Of a stretch of 53,700 nt of DNA, positions 38,641-52,064 are shown piece after piece. Source of the DNA: Octopus bimaculoides (Eukaryota); contig NC_068986.1 in the NCBI RefSeq assembly GCF_001194135.2, positions 97,813,622-97,867,321 of the forward strand, read 5' to 3'. The translations under genes and the position numbers were made by a program. Numbering within the stretch: position 1 is the first letter of the stretch; every line of letters starts with the position of its first letter. The notes under the pieces are model-generated. The model had not been told where the DNA came from. It made no database searches and worked only from the letters and a program-made list of their open reading frames with translations.

Positions 38641-39968
38641 CTAGAAATAGCAACCAACTCTCTCTGAAATCACATTATCTGTTTTATATATGACAATGCA
38701 TAGAAAATATAGTCATATGCCTCTAAAATCTGATGGTCACAGCTTGATTGTTTATCAAATCTGACAAAGGTGGAAATAATAACAATGAATTATCGAAAGA
38801 GCCCCTAGCTAGACATGCAAGAAACAGCAATGCCGTCTCCCTCAAATCACCCATACACTCTTAAAATGGGAGACATATTGCATTGTGTATTGTCGGATAC
38901 CTCTAAAACAAGAGGGGTGATATCACTTGAAATCCCTTTAGCCATAAGTCTTCTCAGTCAGAGATGAACTGTGGCTGCACAAAAACAAGAATCGAGCAAT
39001 TAAAGGACCTTTATGTGCTAGTCCGACCTACTAGAAATAGCAGCTCAATCTCTCGTAAACACATCCTACCGTCTGTAAAAGATAGGCATTGGAAATGTGG
39101 CCCAGATTTTAAAATATCTAAAGAAATGAGGTGGGATGTGGATGGAAAGCTATTTTATCATAAGTTTCGTCTATTGGGCCTAAACAATAAAAATAAGGAG
39201 TAATAATTTTTAATATGGGAGAACTGATGTAATCAATCAACCCTATGTATGTAACAACCTAACCGTATTTTATCGTCTTGTTTTAAGAAGTATTTATTCA
39301 AAATTTTTGTCATACACTATGTCTCAAGAAATATGACCGTATGGTCACTTTTGGAATCACTGCTTGTGCAGAGTTACACTGAAATTCAAATTCATCTTAA
39401 TTCATTATCATCACAATCCTACTTCCAACAACGAGCTTAACAAGTGGGCCTCCTCGTGGTTACATCATCCTCTAGAAATAGTTGCTAAATAGATTTCAAA
39501 TTACACACTACACAATTCAAATCCCACACTACTCTATAGGGTATTCTTGACAAAGTAGCCATTGAATTCGTAAAGATGGATTTGTCAAGGCTGGAACTAC
39601 TTCGGTCATAAGTTTGCTCGATGAAGACTAACAAATGTTTACACAAGATCAGCATGAAATTCAGCAACTAATATATTACAAACTATACCGAATAAATGAG
39701 GAACTTCTAAACGGCCTTACAACCTAAAAATAACGACGTAATTTCTTTCAAATAACATTCCATAAAAAAAATGAGATTCGAGCACTGGATAATGTAGCGT
39801 CAGATAACTCTTATAACAAAGGTTATAATGAATGAAATTCCACTGGTTATAGATCTCTTCTGTGTAGGTTGACCTGTTTCCACATGTGAATAAAAGACAG
39901 GATGTTTACGACACTTCTGTCTTTCATCACAGGCCTGCTTGATCAGTGTTGGGTCAAGACAACTACAA
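38641..39968 (+). repeat. Cluster of about five decayed family D copies in the same orientation
   Basis: Heads ctagaaatag at 38641, 39031 and 39472 (variant at 38819); tcataagt-like tail motifs near 38941, 39158, 39607 and 39923. Confidence 0.6.
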
Positions 39969-40329
39969 CGACAAGAATTTAATACAGCCTCATACACACG
40001 AAATTCAATAATTTCACTGACAAAAGAAAATAATATAAAAACATAGTCAGCAACAACCGAATAAATGAACAACATAAAATAAAATATAAAAGTATCGTAT
40101 CTGAAGAGGAACACTTGAAATTTAAAAAATGTAATGAAAGGAATAATTTAATTGAAAATCTGTATTGTTTTAAAATTCTTTTGCGTTTTCTTAGCCGTAG
40201 GGATTAATTAAGTTGATTTTATTTTGTAATCAAATAACGTTATCATTATCTGAGGAAAGTGCAATACCTCGATGAAGACCTACATAAATAAGTAGTTGTC
40301 TGATGAATTCGTTTTAATGCTGGAAATAG

Positions 40330-40981
40330 AACAGAGAAATGGTGAGAAATAAGAATAGGATAGAGAGGGAGTGTTAGATGGAAAGAGCGATAAAAATGGA
40401 GTGAGAGAAAAGGAGAAAGTGTAGGGGGTGAGAGACGAGAAAATAAAGGATGAAAAAGTGAGAGGGGGAAGGAAAGAAAGTGAAAATAGAGAGGGTTTGA
40501 ATGGATGAGAGAGGGAAACAGTAGAACTGGTGAGAGGAGTGGCAAAGGAGAGTGAAATAGAGGAATGAGAAGGGAGAGAGGGAAAATTAGGTTGAGAATG
40601 TGAGGTAAAGGAAGAGGGATAACAGAGGGAGGGATGGAGCGAGGGAACGTTGTAAAGACGGAAAAAATTGAGAAGAGAAAGGGAAAAGCAGGGAGAAAAG
40701 AGAAGGAGATAAAGGAAGAAGGGAGGAAATAGGGAAGAGAATAGAAAGAGAGAGGGCGAGAGATGGGAAAATAGCAGAAAAATATAGAGAGGTTGAGAGA
40801 AGGAGAAAGGAGAGAGAAAAATGCGGAATGGCTAGTGAGAGGAAAAGGAGAGACGAGAAAAGGGTGGAAATAGAGACAAGGGGAGAGGAGAGAGAAATGG
40901 GAGAAACCAAGGGAGCAAACAGAGGATATTGATCGAAGGGAAGCTGGACAGACAGACAGACAGCCAGCCAGACAGACAGAC

Positions 40982-41037
<56 letters not shown>

Positions 41038-41100
41038 GGGTCGGTCGGTCGGTAGGTAGGTAGGTAGGTAGGTAGGTAGGTAGGTAGTTAAGTATGTAGG
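40330..41100. repeat. Purine-rich (GA) low-complexity tract then GACA/GATA/GGTC/GGTA tetranucleotide run
   Basis: Direct reading. Confidence 0.9.
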
Positions 41101-41269
41101 TATGCATGTGGATGGGTAGGTAGGTGCATAAGGGGAAAATATAGACAGTGCTTGTAGAGGATAATTCTAGAAAGATCCGATTCAGTAAATTACAAGCTAA
41201 CTGAAAGCGAGTCTGTGTCAAGCATAAAGCCCAACCAACACCAAAGGTGATCCAAAAGCTTCCCCATTA

Positions 41270-41716
41270 CCACCAACACTAACACCTCCCCACCGACGTG
41301 GATATCAGTATCAACACCACTGCTATTAGCATCATCTTCAACGTCGCCAGCTCCAGCAACGCTGTCATCGATGAGGTTTTTAGCGTCATTGATATCGGTA
41401 CCGTTACCAATGACATCTCAACCGTCACCAACATCAACAGCAGAAGCACCACCAACATCTCCATTTCTATCGCAATCAACGCAACATCATCATCTCTGCC
41501 ATAGATACCACCACTACGGCAGTAATAGTACACTACTAGCACCATCACCAACACCAGTGCAGTGCCACATCAACATTACCATCTCTCTTACGGACATTAC
41601 CGCTACTATTATCACATTACCATTCCTACCACAGATCACCATTTCTACTATTACTCCCCACCATTCCTACTATCACTATCAACAGCACCTCCACCACCTA
41701 CTGCTACATCTATTGC

Positions 41717-41750
<34 letters not shown>

Positions 41751-42380
41751 GCCATCGCCATCATTCTCACAGAAGCAACCCCCNNNNNNNNNNNNNNNNN
41801 NNNNNNNNNNNNNNNNNNNNNNNNNNNNNNNNNNNNNNNNNNNNNNNNNNNNNNNNNNNNNNNNNNNNNNNNNNNNNNNNNNNNNNNNNNNNNNNNNNNN
41901 NNNNNNNNNNNNNNNNNNNNNNNNNNNNNNNNNNNNNNNNNNNNNNNNNNNNNNNNNNNNNNNNNNNNNNNNNNNNNNNNNNNNNNNNNNNNNNNNNNNN
42001 NNNNNNNNNNNNNNNNNNNNNNNNNNNNNNNNNNNNNNNNNNNNNNNNNNNNNNNNNNNNNNNNNNNNNNNNNNNNNNNNNNNNNNNNNNNNNNNNNNNN
42101 NNNNNNNNNNNNNNNNNNNNNNNNNNNNNNNNNNNNNNNNNNNNNNNNNNNNNNNNNNNNNNNNNNNNNNNNNNNNNNNNNNNNNNNNNNNNNNNNNNNN
42201 NNNNNNNNNNNNNNNNNNNNNNNNNNNNNNNNNNNNNNNNNNNNNNNNNNNNNNNNNNNNNNNNNNNNNNNNNNGATGATAATAATAATAATAATAATGA
42301 TAATAATAATAATAATAATAATGATAATAATAATGATAATAATAACAATAATAATAATAGTAATGATGATGATGATGATG

Positions 42381-42411
<31 letters not shown>

Positions 42412-42418
42412 CAACAAC

Positions 42419-42478
<60 letters not shown>

Positions 42479-42615
42479 AACAACAACAACAACAACAACA
42501 ACAATAATAATAATAATAATGACAACAAGAACAACAACAACAACAACAATAATAATGATAATAATAATAATAATAATAATAATGACAACAAGAAGAAGAA
42601 CAACAACAACAACAA
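41270..42615. repeat. (CAT/CAC)-rich and (AAT/AAC/GAT)-rich arrays spanning a gap
   Basis: Direct reading. Confidence 0.9.
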
Positions 42616-44057
42616 GCAAGCTATTTGACGTCAACCAACAAGGGTAAACAATTTCGCATGACGCAAACTACGAGAACTTAGTTGACAAATATTTACACCG
42701 TAGGAGGTGTATTGTAGTCCTAGTTTCCGATAAAAAAAAAACATTTAGCACTATCTCACTGGAACCAGCGATACCATCATTACAACCATCACAAAAAAAC
42801 CACATCAACATCGAGAGAAATATGAATAATACCAGCAAGATCGCCAAGCGACAGCTGGAGACAGTTTATACAAAAATGGAACCGGATTTCTCGGAATGGA
42901 AAATAGAGGAGCAAACTGTTTAATAGAATTAAATTGTGATAAGGCGCATATAAAATGATTCCTTAATGTGTTGGCTAGATAACGAAATGGGATTTCTGAA
43001 GTTATCTCGACTTAACTTCGCAAGTAAAAGCTGTGAATTGAAAGATTCAGTGGAGCAGTGAGTATAAAGCCTTGTGGTATCTAACATTCGTTAATCAAAT
43101 ATCTCAAGGGTGACTTTGCTTTCAACTTCCTAGAATCGATCAAATAACTACACGTGAAGTACTGTTGTCCATTAAATTGTGTCTGTTCCGCCCACTAAAA
43201 TCAGTCATTGCTTTTAATTCGAAGTTTTCAAGTTTCAATGTTAAACGCTCATAGTTTTCGAGGATGTCATTAAAATTCCCATAGCTAAATCGGTAGGATA
43301 TCGAATGTTTATGAATTATCGAGTAATGAAAACTAAGGGTTGCAGAATCAAGTATCTGCGTCAAAAGGGCTCGAAGATGTATGTACACAAGCACTCACAC
43401 GCGCTGGCGCATACANNNNNNNNNNNNNNNNNNNNNNNNNNNNNNNNNNNNNNNNNNNNNNNNNNNNNNNNNNNNNNNNNNNNNNNNNNNNNNNNNNNNN
43501 NNNNNNNNNNNNNNNNNNNNNNNNNNNNNNNNNNNNNNNNNNNNNNNNNNNNNNNNNNNNNNNNNNNNNNNNNNNNNNNNNNNNNNNNNNNNNNNNNNNN
43601 NNNNNNNNNNNNNNNNNNNNNNNNNNNNNNNNNNNNNNNNNNNNNNNNNNNNNNNNNNNNNNNNNNNNNNNNNNNNNNNNNNNNNNNNNNNNNNNNNNNN
43701 NNNNNNNNNNNNNNNNNNNNNNNNNNNNNNNNNNNNNNNNNNNNNNNNNNNNNNNNNNNNNNNNNNNNNNNNNNNNNNNNNNNNNNNNNNNNNNNNNNNN
43801 NNNNNNNNNNNNNNNNNNNNNNNNNNNNNNNNNNNNNNNNNNNNNNNNNNNNNNNNNNNNNNNNNNNNNNNNNNNNNNNNNNNNNNNNNNNNNNNNNNNN
43901 NNNNNNNNNNNNNNNNNNNNNNNNNNNNNNNNNNNNNNNNNNNNNNNNNNNNNNNNNNNNNNNNNNNNNNNNNNNNNNNNNNNNNNNNNNNNNNNNNNNN
44001 NNNNNNNNNNNNNNNNNNNNNNNNNNNNNNNNNNNNNNNNNNNNATATATATTTATT

Positions 44058-44106
<49 letters not shown>

Positions 44107-47100
44107 ATATATAAACATATATACATACACACCGAGAGAACCAGTGATGGGAATAGAGGTTTGGTATTCTGTCATCACATATTTTAATTAACGTTAATAA
44201 TGCAGTTTATCAGTATATGTGTATAATTAGCAGTTTGCTGACCCTTTCATGATGTAATTGATTTACTTTCCGTACACAATCCCAGACCAACTCACTTGCT
44301 AAATAATCATAAATCCGATATTCATTTCTGTTTTCCTAAAATCCATGAATAATTATCTGTTAATTGAAATACTTTTAATCTTGTCGGTATAATTTGTATG
44401 CGTGAATTTCTTTGAAATAATTATATTCCTAATTAATTTATATAAAATAATAAATATTTTCATAGATTTTTGCAATTAACATTTGAGTAGTAGTTAGGTG
44501 TTCCATTCATGGGTTACTTTCGTGGCAAAATAAAACAAAATTATTGAAGCTTGCTGAAGATATAATATTATCTAGTGTATTAAGAAGACGAGATCTAAAA
44601 GAGAATTAAGTGATATCTACCAAGGTATGATTCAAAAGATATTAAGTATTTAAATATTTAACAAGATCTCCAATCATATAACTAAATGAAATAATCACAG
44701 GAAACGACTCAGAAATATAATTGAAATAAACCAGAAAAATGTTTATCGTTGGTAATATAAAAGTCACTTCAAAAGTAAACGGTTTTCTGAATGGCTGCTT
44801 CATACAAATAATAAAACGGTTTTGAATCGATGTTTAGGTAAGAGTAGCTGTCTGTTTACGAGGCCTGCGTTAGTACTAAGCACTTTGAGTTCAATCTACT
44901 GTTGAACAAATAATTTCTATAATATCCTCTGTTGGATTAAAATGTGTGAGTGAGTTTCGAAAGACGAAACCAGTATTGTGTCCTTTGTTGTATATTCAAC
45001 GTTATCCACTTATATATTTATCATTTTACTAAGATTTAGTGTTCAAGAAGTACCTGTGCAGATTAATAATTTTCAGTGGGTGCGGCTTGCACTGCACCAC
45101 AAGCAACAGTTACACTTTCATATTCCTCAACTCTGAATTTCGTAGCAGCCTCATACAGAACGAAATTAGTTAGAATTTTAGTACGCAATTGATTAAAATT
45201 AAGGGTAATACTATCAGTGAGTTTCATACTATGTAATTGAAAAATGAAAAAATCTTCCTGTGACTTTCTTAGTCAAACAGGGAAATTTAAGCCCATAGGA
45301 AAGGGTGATACCAACAACCCTGAGAACATAGTCGACAGCTATTCCTACTACTTCACTACACGAAATGCATAGTCGTGTTAATTTGTACAATAGACATTCT
45401 CATAAACATGGCAATACAGTAATTAGTAGATTGTACTTTCGAATCGTAATTGTTACTTTAGAACTCATAGTGACTATAATCTAAACAAGAGTTGCTTTCA
45501 AAATACTGTCATATAAAACGCACTGTTATAAGGCATAAGCATTTTAGATATTACATTGGTTCGCCTGCTCAGTCACCGCTCTGCAATCAATCAGCACAGA
45601 TTTTCTACCTCCATAGCTGAATATATTTTTAGCCTAAAGTAAATTTGCATTGGTCTGTTATTAATTCTGTGTAGTCTTACCATAGAATAAGCCAAAGGTG
45701 ACAATTGTGTATACGTGAGACACTTGCCATTCTAATGTTTGATAATTGGCAGCTTCGTAATTAGCGAAATGATTTACTTATTAATTCTAGGCATCGAAAT
45801 AAGTAATTGTTCTCTAACTAGATGAGACAGAATTGATAATCGTTTTGCCTGTAAAATAGGTTAAACATTTTCTTCTGTACGGAGTGAATCTACTCTTACT
45901 GTATATTCGCGAAATTTAAGAATTCCCATAATTTATGCCTCCTTTACATCTACATTTTGTTTCGCATTCTTGCTGTTAGGTTCTTGAAAGTAAAGACCTG
46001 TATTGAATCATTCATGCACTCCACAATCAGATCACGAGTACATAGACTGTTTATTCATAATAAAACAACGTCACCTGGTTCATAATATTGTGTAAGCTAT
46101 TCTATGTTGCCAAGTTTTATGTTGCTAATCAGCTTTATTTTGTGTATTTATTATATTTTTTATATCAGTTAATTAATAAATATCAGATGTAAATTTAAAT
46201 TCGATCCTTGCTATTTTAATTATAAGTTATTTTTTCTCCTCTCTATGATTGTTTATCACTTCTTATCACTTCTTATCATTTGTAACCATTCTTGTATTGG
46301 TCAATGTCTTATATAGAATTAACTGCAATTATTAGGTTAGTATATATCATAAGGCGGTCAGTTTGCAGTATCGTTAGCTCGTCTTCACAATGCGTCTTCT
46401 TGCTGATGAGATTTGAATATTTTAATCAATGACATACCGAGCATAAAAAAAGAACCTACTAAATTTATAAACGACGACAGATACTAGAATATAAGAAAAA
46501 TTACAGATCTAAATTTTCATGGCTAACTGGGAAAGCGAATTAATGTAATTGTTATTTCAAGTAAGAAATATAGTAGATAGAGTTATAATTTAAATGAAAA
46601 TATCTTACTATGAAATTTCAGAGGCAGGAGGTGGAATCTTTTCTGACCTAGCCCACAAACACTTCCTATAATTCTTTGTGAGGATTCTTTGACCTTCTGT
46701 GCCCTTCTTAAAAGAAATGGCTCAAGTATTTTGATAGGAATTCTAAATGGAAAAATCAATAAAGCTATCTAGTTTTATGTAAAAGTTGTCTCTTTTATTC
46801 AGCTAAGTCAGCTGAGGATAAAAAAGAGAAGCAATGGTTAGATAAACAATGAATAGCAATTTTAATTCCCACGGTCATGAGTGAATCATATACGAAGTAG
46901 CTAATCTATCTGCAAGTAGGAATTAAATGTTGGTTTCGGAATAGAAAGACACTATAGAAATATCAAAAGGGTAATGGATTGATACACTAGTTTTACATAA
47001 ATCTATCTTTTCAGTAAATGCAAAATAAAGTCTTAAATGTAAATATATGTGGCAAATTGTAAGAATTGTAAGAAACATTTTGAATCATGAAGATTGATTA

Positions 47101-47164
47101 AATTTACTGTTTGCAATAAATATTACACTATGCATGTATTTACACTGAACTATCATCTTGTCTT

Positions 47165-47165
<1 letters not shown>

Positions 47166-47240
<75 letters not shown>
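47166..47240. repeat. (TAC)n microsatellite
   Basis: Direct reading. Confidence 0.95.
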
Positions 47241-47243
<3 letters not shown>

Positions 47244-47551
47244 ATAGCGTCCCTTATACAGCAGCCATCTCAATATAATACATATTGTATATACCTTAAT
47301 CAGACACACGAAAACACTAACACAAACACACACACGTACATAGGTTTGTATGCTTCATTATAACCCACACACACACAGACACACATACACACACATAAAC
47401 ACATTCACACACATACACACATACACACACATGTATAATGTGTATGTATATTTATACATGTGTGTGCGTGTATACATGCATGTGTTTATATATATGTGTG
47501 TGTGTGTATGTATATATACACACACATATATAATATATGTATATATGTATG

Positions 47552-47600
<49 letters not shown>

Positions 47601-48392
47601 GTATGTATTTATGTATGTATACAGGTTCATGAAAGTACATGTAATATATAACGAGGGAGCCACAAATACATACATACATACATACATACATATAGATGGA
47701 GTTAGAGAGAGAGGTTGAGTGTAGTATATAAAGCAACCAATAGCGCAGCAGTGTGTCCATATCTGAAACACTTTAGAGTCCGTCCTTGCAGATCGCAAAG
47801 CGAGCGAACAAATAATCTCAAATTTAATTGTTTAAGTGAAAAGAGAATTTACTAATTTAATAAATATAAATGTAATGCTAGAATTTAATTAAACAGTTCT
47901 CTCACCGGTCCCAAAATATAACGACACAAAAACCAAAGCTTCAATGTAATTTGTAAGGTCTGTGTGGCAGAGTACGTTTGTTAAACGTTTACACGCAATT
48001 GCATACATACATGCATAAGACATATACCTGTATGGTATGAGAGTGTATATATATACGCGTGCGCACACACAAACACATACACGCATACACACACACATGT
48101 CTGTGTGAGTGAGACTAATTTAAAGACTAAATTGAAAATCACGATCTCCTCGCGGCTTCGTAAACTGAATTCAAAATATAATTCGCAAGTTTAAACGACA
48201 ATAATTCATATTTTTCAATTCTTTTTTTAAAGCCTTATTTCGTATGCTTAAATTGTGTATATACAGATACACAGACAGAGACACATATAGACGCACACGT
48301 GTTTGTGTGCATACATCCATATATATACATATACTTATATGAATGTATATATAAATACACAAGCACATACATACATACATACATACATACAT

Positions 48393-48423
<31 letters not shown>

Positions 48424-48821
48424 TATATATANNNNNNNNNNNNNNNNNNNNNNNNNNNNNNNNNNNNNNNNNNNNNNNNNNNNNNNNNNNNNNNNNNNNN
48501 NNNNNNNNNNNNNNNNNNNNNNNNNNNNNNNNNNNNNNNNNNNNNNNNNNNNNNNNNNNNNNNNNNNNNNNNNNNNNNNNNNNNNNNNNNNNNNNNNNNN
48601 NNNNNNNNNNNNNNNNNNNNNNNNNNNNNNNNNNNNNNNNNNNNNNNNNNNNNNNNNNNNNNNNNNNNNNNNNNNNNNNNNNNNNNNNNNNNNNNNNNNN
48701 NNNNNNNNNNNNNNNNNNNNNNNNNNNNNNNNNNNNNNNNNNNNNNNNNNNNNNNNNNNNNNNNNNNNNNNNNNNNNNNNNNNNNNNNNNNNNNNNNNNN
48801 NNNNNNNNNNNNNNNNNNNNN

Positions 48822-48898
48822 TGGTAAGCGGAAACTGAAAGAAGACCGTCGTGTATATTTATATATATGTGTGTGTGTTTGTTTGTGTGTGTGTGTGA

Positions 48899-48900
<2 letters not shown>
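48822..48900 (+). mobile_element. SINE family B central fragment
   Basis: tggtaagcggaaactgaaagaagaccgtcgtgtatat followed by TA/GT repeats. Confidence 0.65.
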
Positions 48901-48982
<82 letters not shown>

Positions 48983-49043
48983 ATTGGTTGACTGACTGAT
49001 TGATTGTGTGAGTAATTGAGTAATTTAGTGATTGGTTGATTGG

Positions 49044-49075
<32 letters not shown>

Positions 49076-49199
49076 GTGAGTGAGTGAGTGAGTGAGTGAG
49101 TGAGTGAGTGAGTGAATGAGTGAGTAAGTAAGGGAGGGAGTGAGTGATTGTTTGACTTATTGATTAATTGATTGTTTGATTGATTGTGTATTTGATTGA
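48898..49199. repeat. (GATA)n, (GATT)n and (GAGT)n tetranucleotide array
   Basis: Direct reading. Confidence 0.95.
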
Positions 49200-51175
49200 A
49201 AAATACGCATTGCGTATTTTGCGTTACAATATTCAATGTGTTACTTTTTTCAAGAAGCCTGAATGTAAATATGAGAAGCCTAATTGTTCAGGCAACCTCG
49301 TAATGTCAATGAGGCTCTTTTATTCATTTAACAAAGAAGAAAGAATAATCAAGTTAGTTGGACTGAATACGTCACATTCCTTACATAAAAACGCTGGGCA
49401 TCTGCCAACCGAAAGAATCCAGTAACCATATTAGTTTAATAAATTTTCCTTCACAGTGGCAGTAACTAAAAGAACAGTAATCATTGAATGTTGTTCGATA
49501 AAACCCCATTGAAACATATCTTAGTTAAGCACAATTGTTTCTAATTGTTCTAGTTTTATTCTTTTTCTGCGTCTGTATACAGAAAGTAAGAGAGATGGCG
49601 GCTGAATGAACTCGCATGAGAGAATGAGAAAGAGTAAAATTGAAAAGCCAAGATTTATTCTGTACATCACAGTATACTTTCAAATATATTTGCTCGGTGC
49701 TGTTTGAATTTACTAGGAAACGTTCAACGATATTTGTTGTATCTGACAACAGTAAAGTGTCAAGTTTATTGACCGATCCGATTGTCAACCTTAAACTACT
49801 AAAACAATATTTGGTTTGTCTTTGTAAATGGCACGAAAAGAATCGATTCTATCTCACACTGGCGAAACATTCAATAGCCAATGAAAAGTTCCTTTCTGTA
49901 TGATTTAAGATTTAATAACAAACATAATGTGACTTACGTATTTAACGGCATGCTTTGTATTGAAAAGAAGCATACTGGGCTGCGAAAGTTGCCTTATCTA
50001 AGAGCGGATAAATCATTGTGGCTAGAGCTTGAAGTCGATAGTCCGAAACCCAGCTTGATATAATTTTCACTTCTAATTCGGGATCAATAAAATATATTTT
50101 CTGTAACGATGTGTGTGTAAATATACAAATGACATTCTTAATACATTTTGTGTTCGTGTGTGGTCAGATACGACAGCTTTTCTGCTTCCAGACATTGAAG
50201 AAATCTAATTAGAGACTCAAGCTACACATACTAAAATTTCCCAACAACACCCACAACATGAACCAATGAGCTAAGCCTATAAACAGTCGGGTGATTTGCT
50301 AGAAAGAGCAGTCAAAATTCCTCAATTACATCCCTTTATATCAAAAAAGAATAAATTAACGTAGTCCTAAAATTTACTACAACTAGAAAAAATCCGATAT
50401 CATCACAGATAGAATATCTTTGCAAAGAATATAACCCGGGGTTAAATAAATATGCCCATAACTCCAGTGGAGACAGCAACCACTGTCGTAAAATAAAAGA
50501 TAATTTGTAACTTTGTCAATATTTCTATGTCAATAAATTACCAGACTGAATGACACCCACGAATAGTATAATTAAGCAATTAATATCAGAATACAAAATA
50601 CAGTGTACAAATATATTAACGCTGGTTACTGAAGGATTATGTGTTTAACAACTATCTGTCTTTTGTAGTTTCATTCTAGAAGAAAATACTATGACAATGA
50701 TGTTCGCACCCACCTCCACCGAGGCTGGTCAGGTTATTGTTTATGATATTAACTGCAAGCAGGCGTCAGTGACGCGAATAAAATCGAGAAGAAAATTCAA
50801 GTGTCACTGATCTGATGAGGGAGCATATCGACACGCTGGCATTTGCCTAATTGTGTTAGTGTGGAATTTCAGAAGGGACATACAAAATGGTTGACAAGAG
50901 GACTAAGGGATATGAAAGCCGGGAAGCTTATGCTGATGGTGGTGGTAGTGCGGTCCTAGCTAGGTATGAGGGGTGGTAGAGACCGTTATAGTAGTGGTAG
51001 CAGAGATAGGGTACAGCATCAGTGTTTGTGAACTAGAAGCCGCTGCGTGTTAATGGTAGTTCTTGGCAAACTTGCTTCCATTGTGACCTATGCTGTTTCT
51101 GTGTATAGCAGCAGTGTCACTTGAGATTACTCGAAATAAATACTTGTTAATCTTACCATACTGTTTCTTATTTCT

Positions 51176-51400
51176 TTATTGCCCACATGGGACTAAACAT
51201 AGAATGGACAAACAAGGACAGACAAAGGGATTAAGTCGATTACATCGACCCCAGTGCGTAATTGGTACTTAATTTATCGACCCCGAAAGGATGAAAGGCA
51301 AAGTTGTCCTCGGCGGAATTTGAACTCAGAACGTAACGGCAGACGAAATACCGCTAAACATTTCGCCCGGCGTGCTACCACTTCTACCAGCTCACCGCCA
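51176..51400 (-). mobile_element. tRNA-derived SINE family A, best-preserved copy
   Basis: Minus strand: GGCGGTGAGCTGGTAGAAG (A-box-like)...GTTCTGAGTTCAAATTCCGCCGAGG (B-box-like)...CTTTGCCTTTCATCCTTTCGGGGTCGATAAATTAAGTACC...GTCGATGTAATCGAC. Confidence 0.92.
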
Positions 51401-51760
51401 TACCATACTGTTTCTACTGGGTATTGTTTAGTGACGACATTGATACAGTAGTACAAAATACTGAATATTTAAAAGAAGTACATTATCGCATTTAGAGAAA
51501 GAAAGATATGTGAATTAACACACTCATAAACACAAACACACCCATACACACACTTATAGATATGTATGCATGTGTGATTGTTTCGGCAAAATATAAAGAC
51601 ATCTACAAGCAAATTGCAGTATATCATATATTGTTCAATCCTCCAAGTTGCACATGCATTTCTTTATCATCCTTACCAAATGAAAATAAGAGAAGGTATG
51701 ATTGGTGCGATAGCCATCTCCTTATCAGCTGCTCTTTATTTTCCATTTCATAATCAAATA

Positions 51761-51982
51761 TGGAGTGGGTGCTGAAAAGTTCCTGGTTTTGGGTAAAAGA
51801 AATTATAGAAGGAGGATCAGTTAATTATGAATTTAATCCACGTATTTCCCTCTCAAATTTACACACGGATTGCAGCGGTTGTTCATTTTTACCAAGTTCT
51901 GTAAAAGAACTCGGAAGCATGGACCGAACAGCCAGACCTTTCTCGACACCCTTAAAGCACGAAACTTTTCAGCACGCTCGCA
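51761..51982 (-). mobile_element. Mariner-derived MITE (~222 bp)
   Basis: TIRs ...gtgctgaaaagtt on both ends with TA flanks; the minus strand retains the transposase C-terminus ..NRCNPCVNLRGKYVD*. Confidence 0.85.
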
Positions 51983-52025
51983 TATGTTTCTCTACTGCCT
52001 ACCTCTATGTCTCTTCTAACTCAAT

Positions 52026-52064
<39 letters not shown>

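Noticed and set aside
44946-44980. Hammerhead-like gtgagtgagtttcgaaagacgaaaccagta
   Set aside because: No CUGANGA, stem II does not pair properly and there is no stem I partner; better explained as a GTTTC/GAAAC hairpin.
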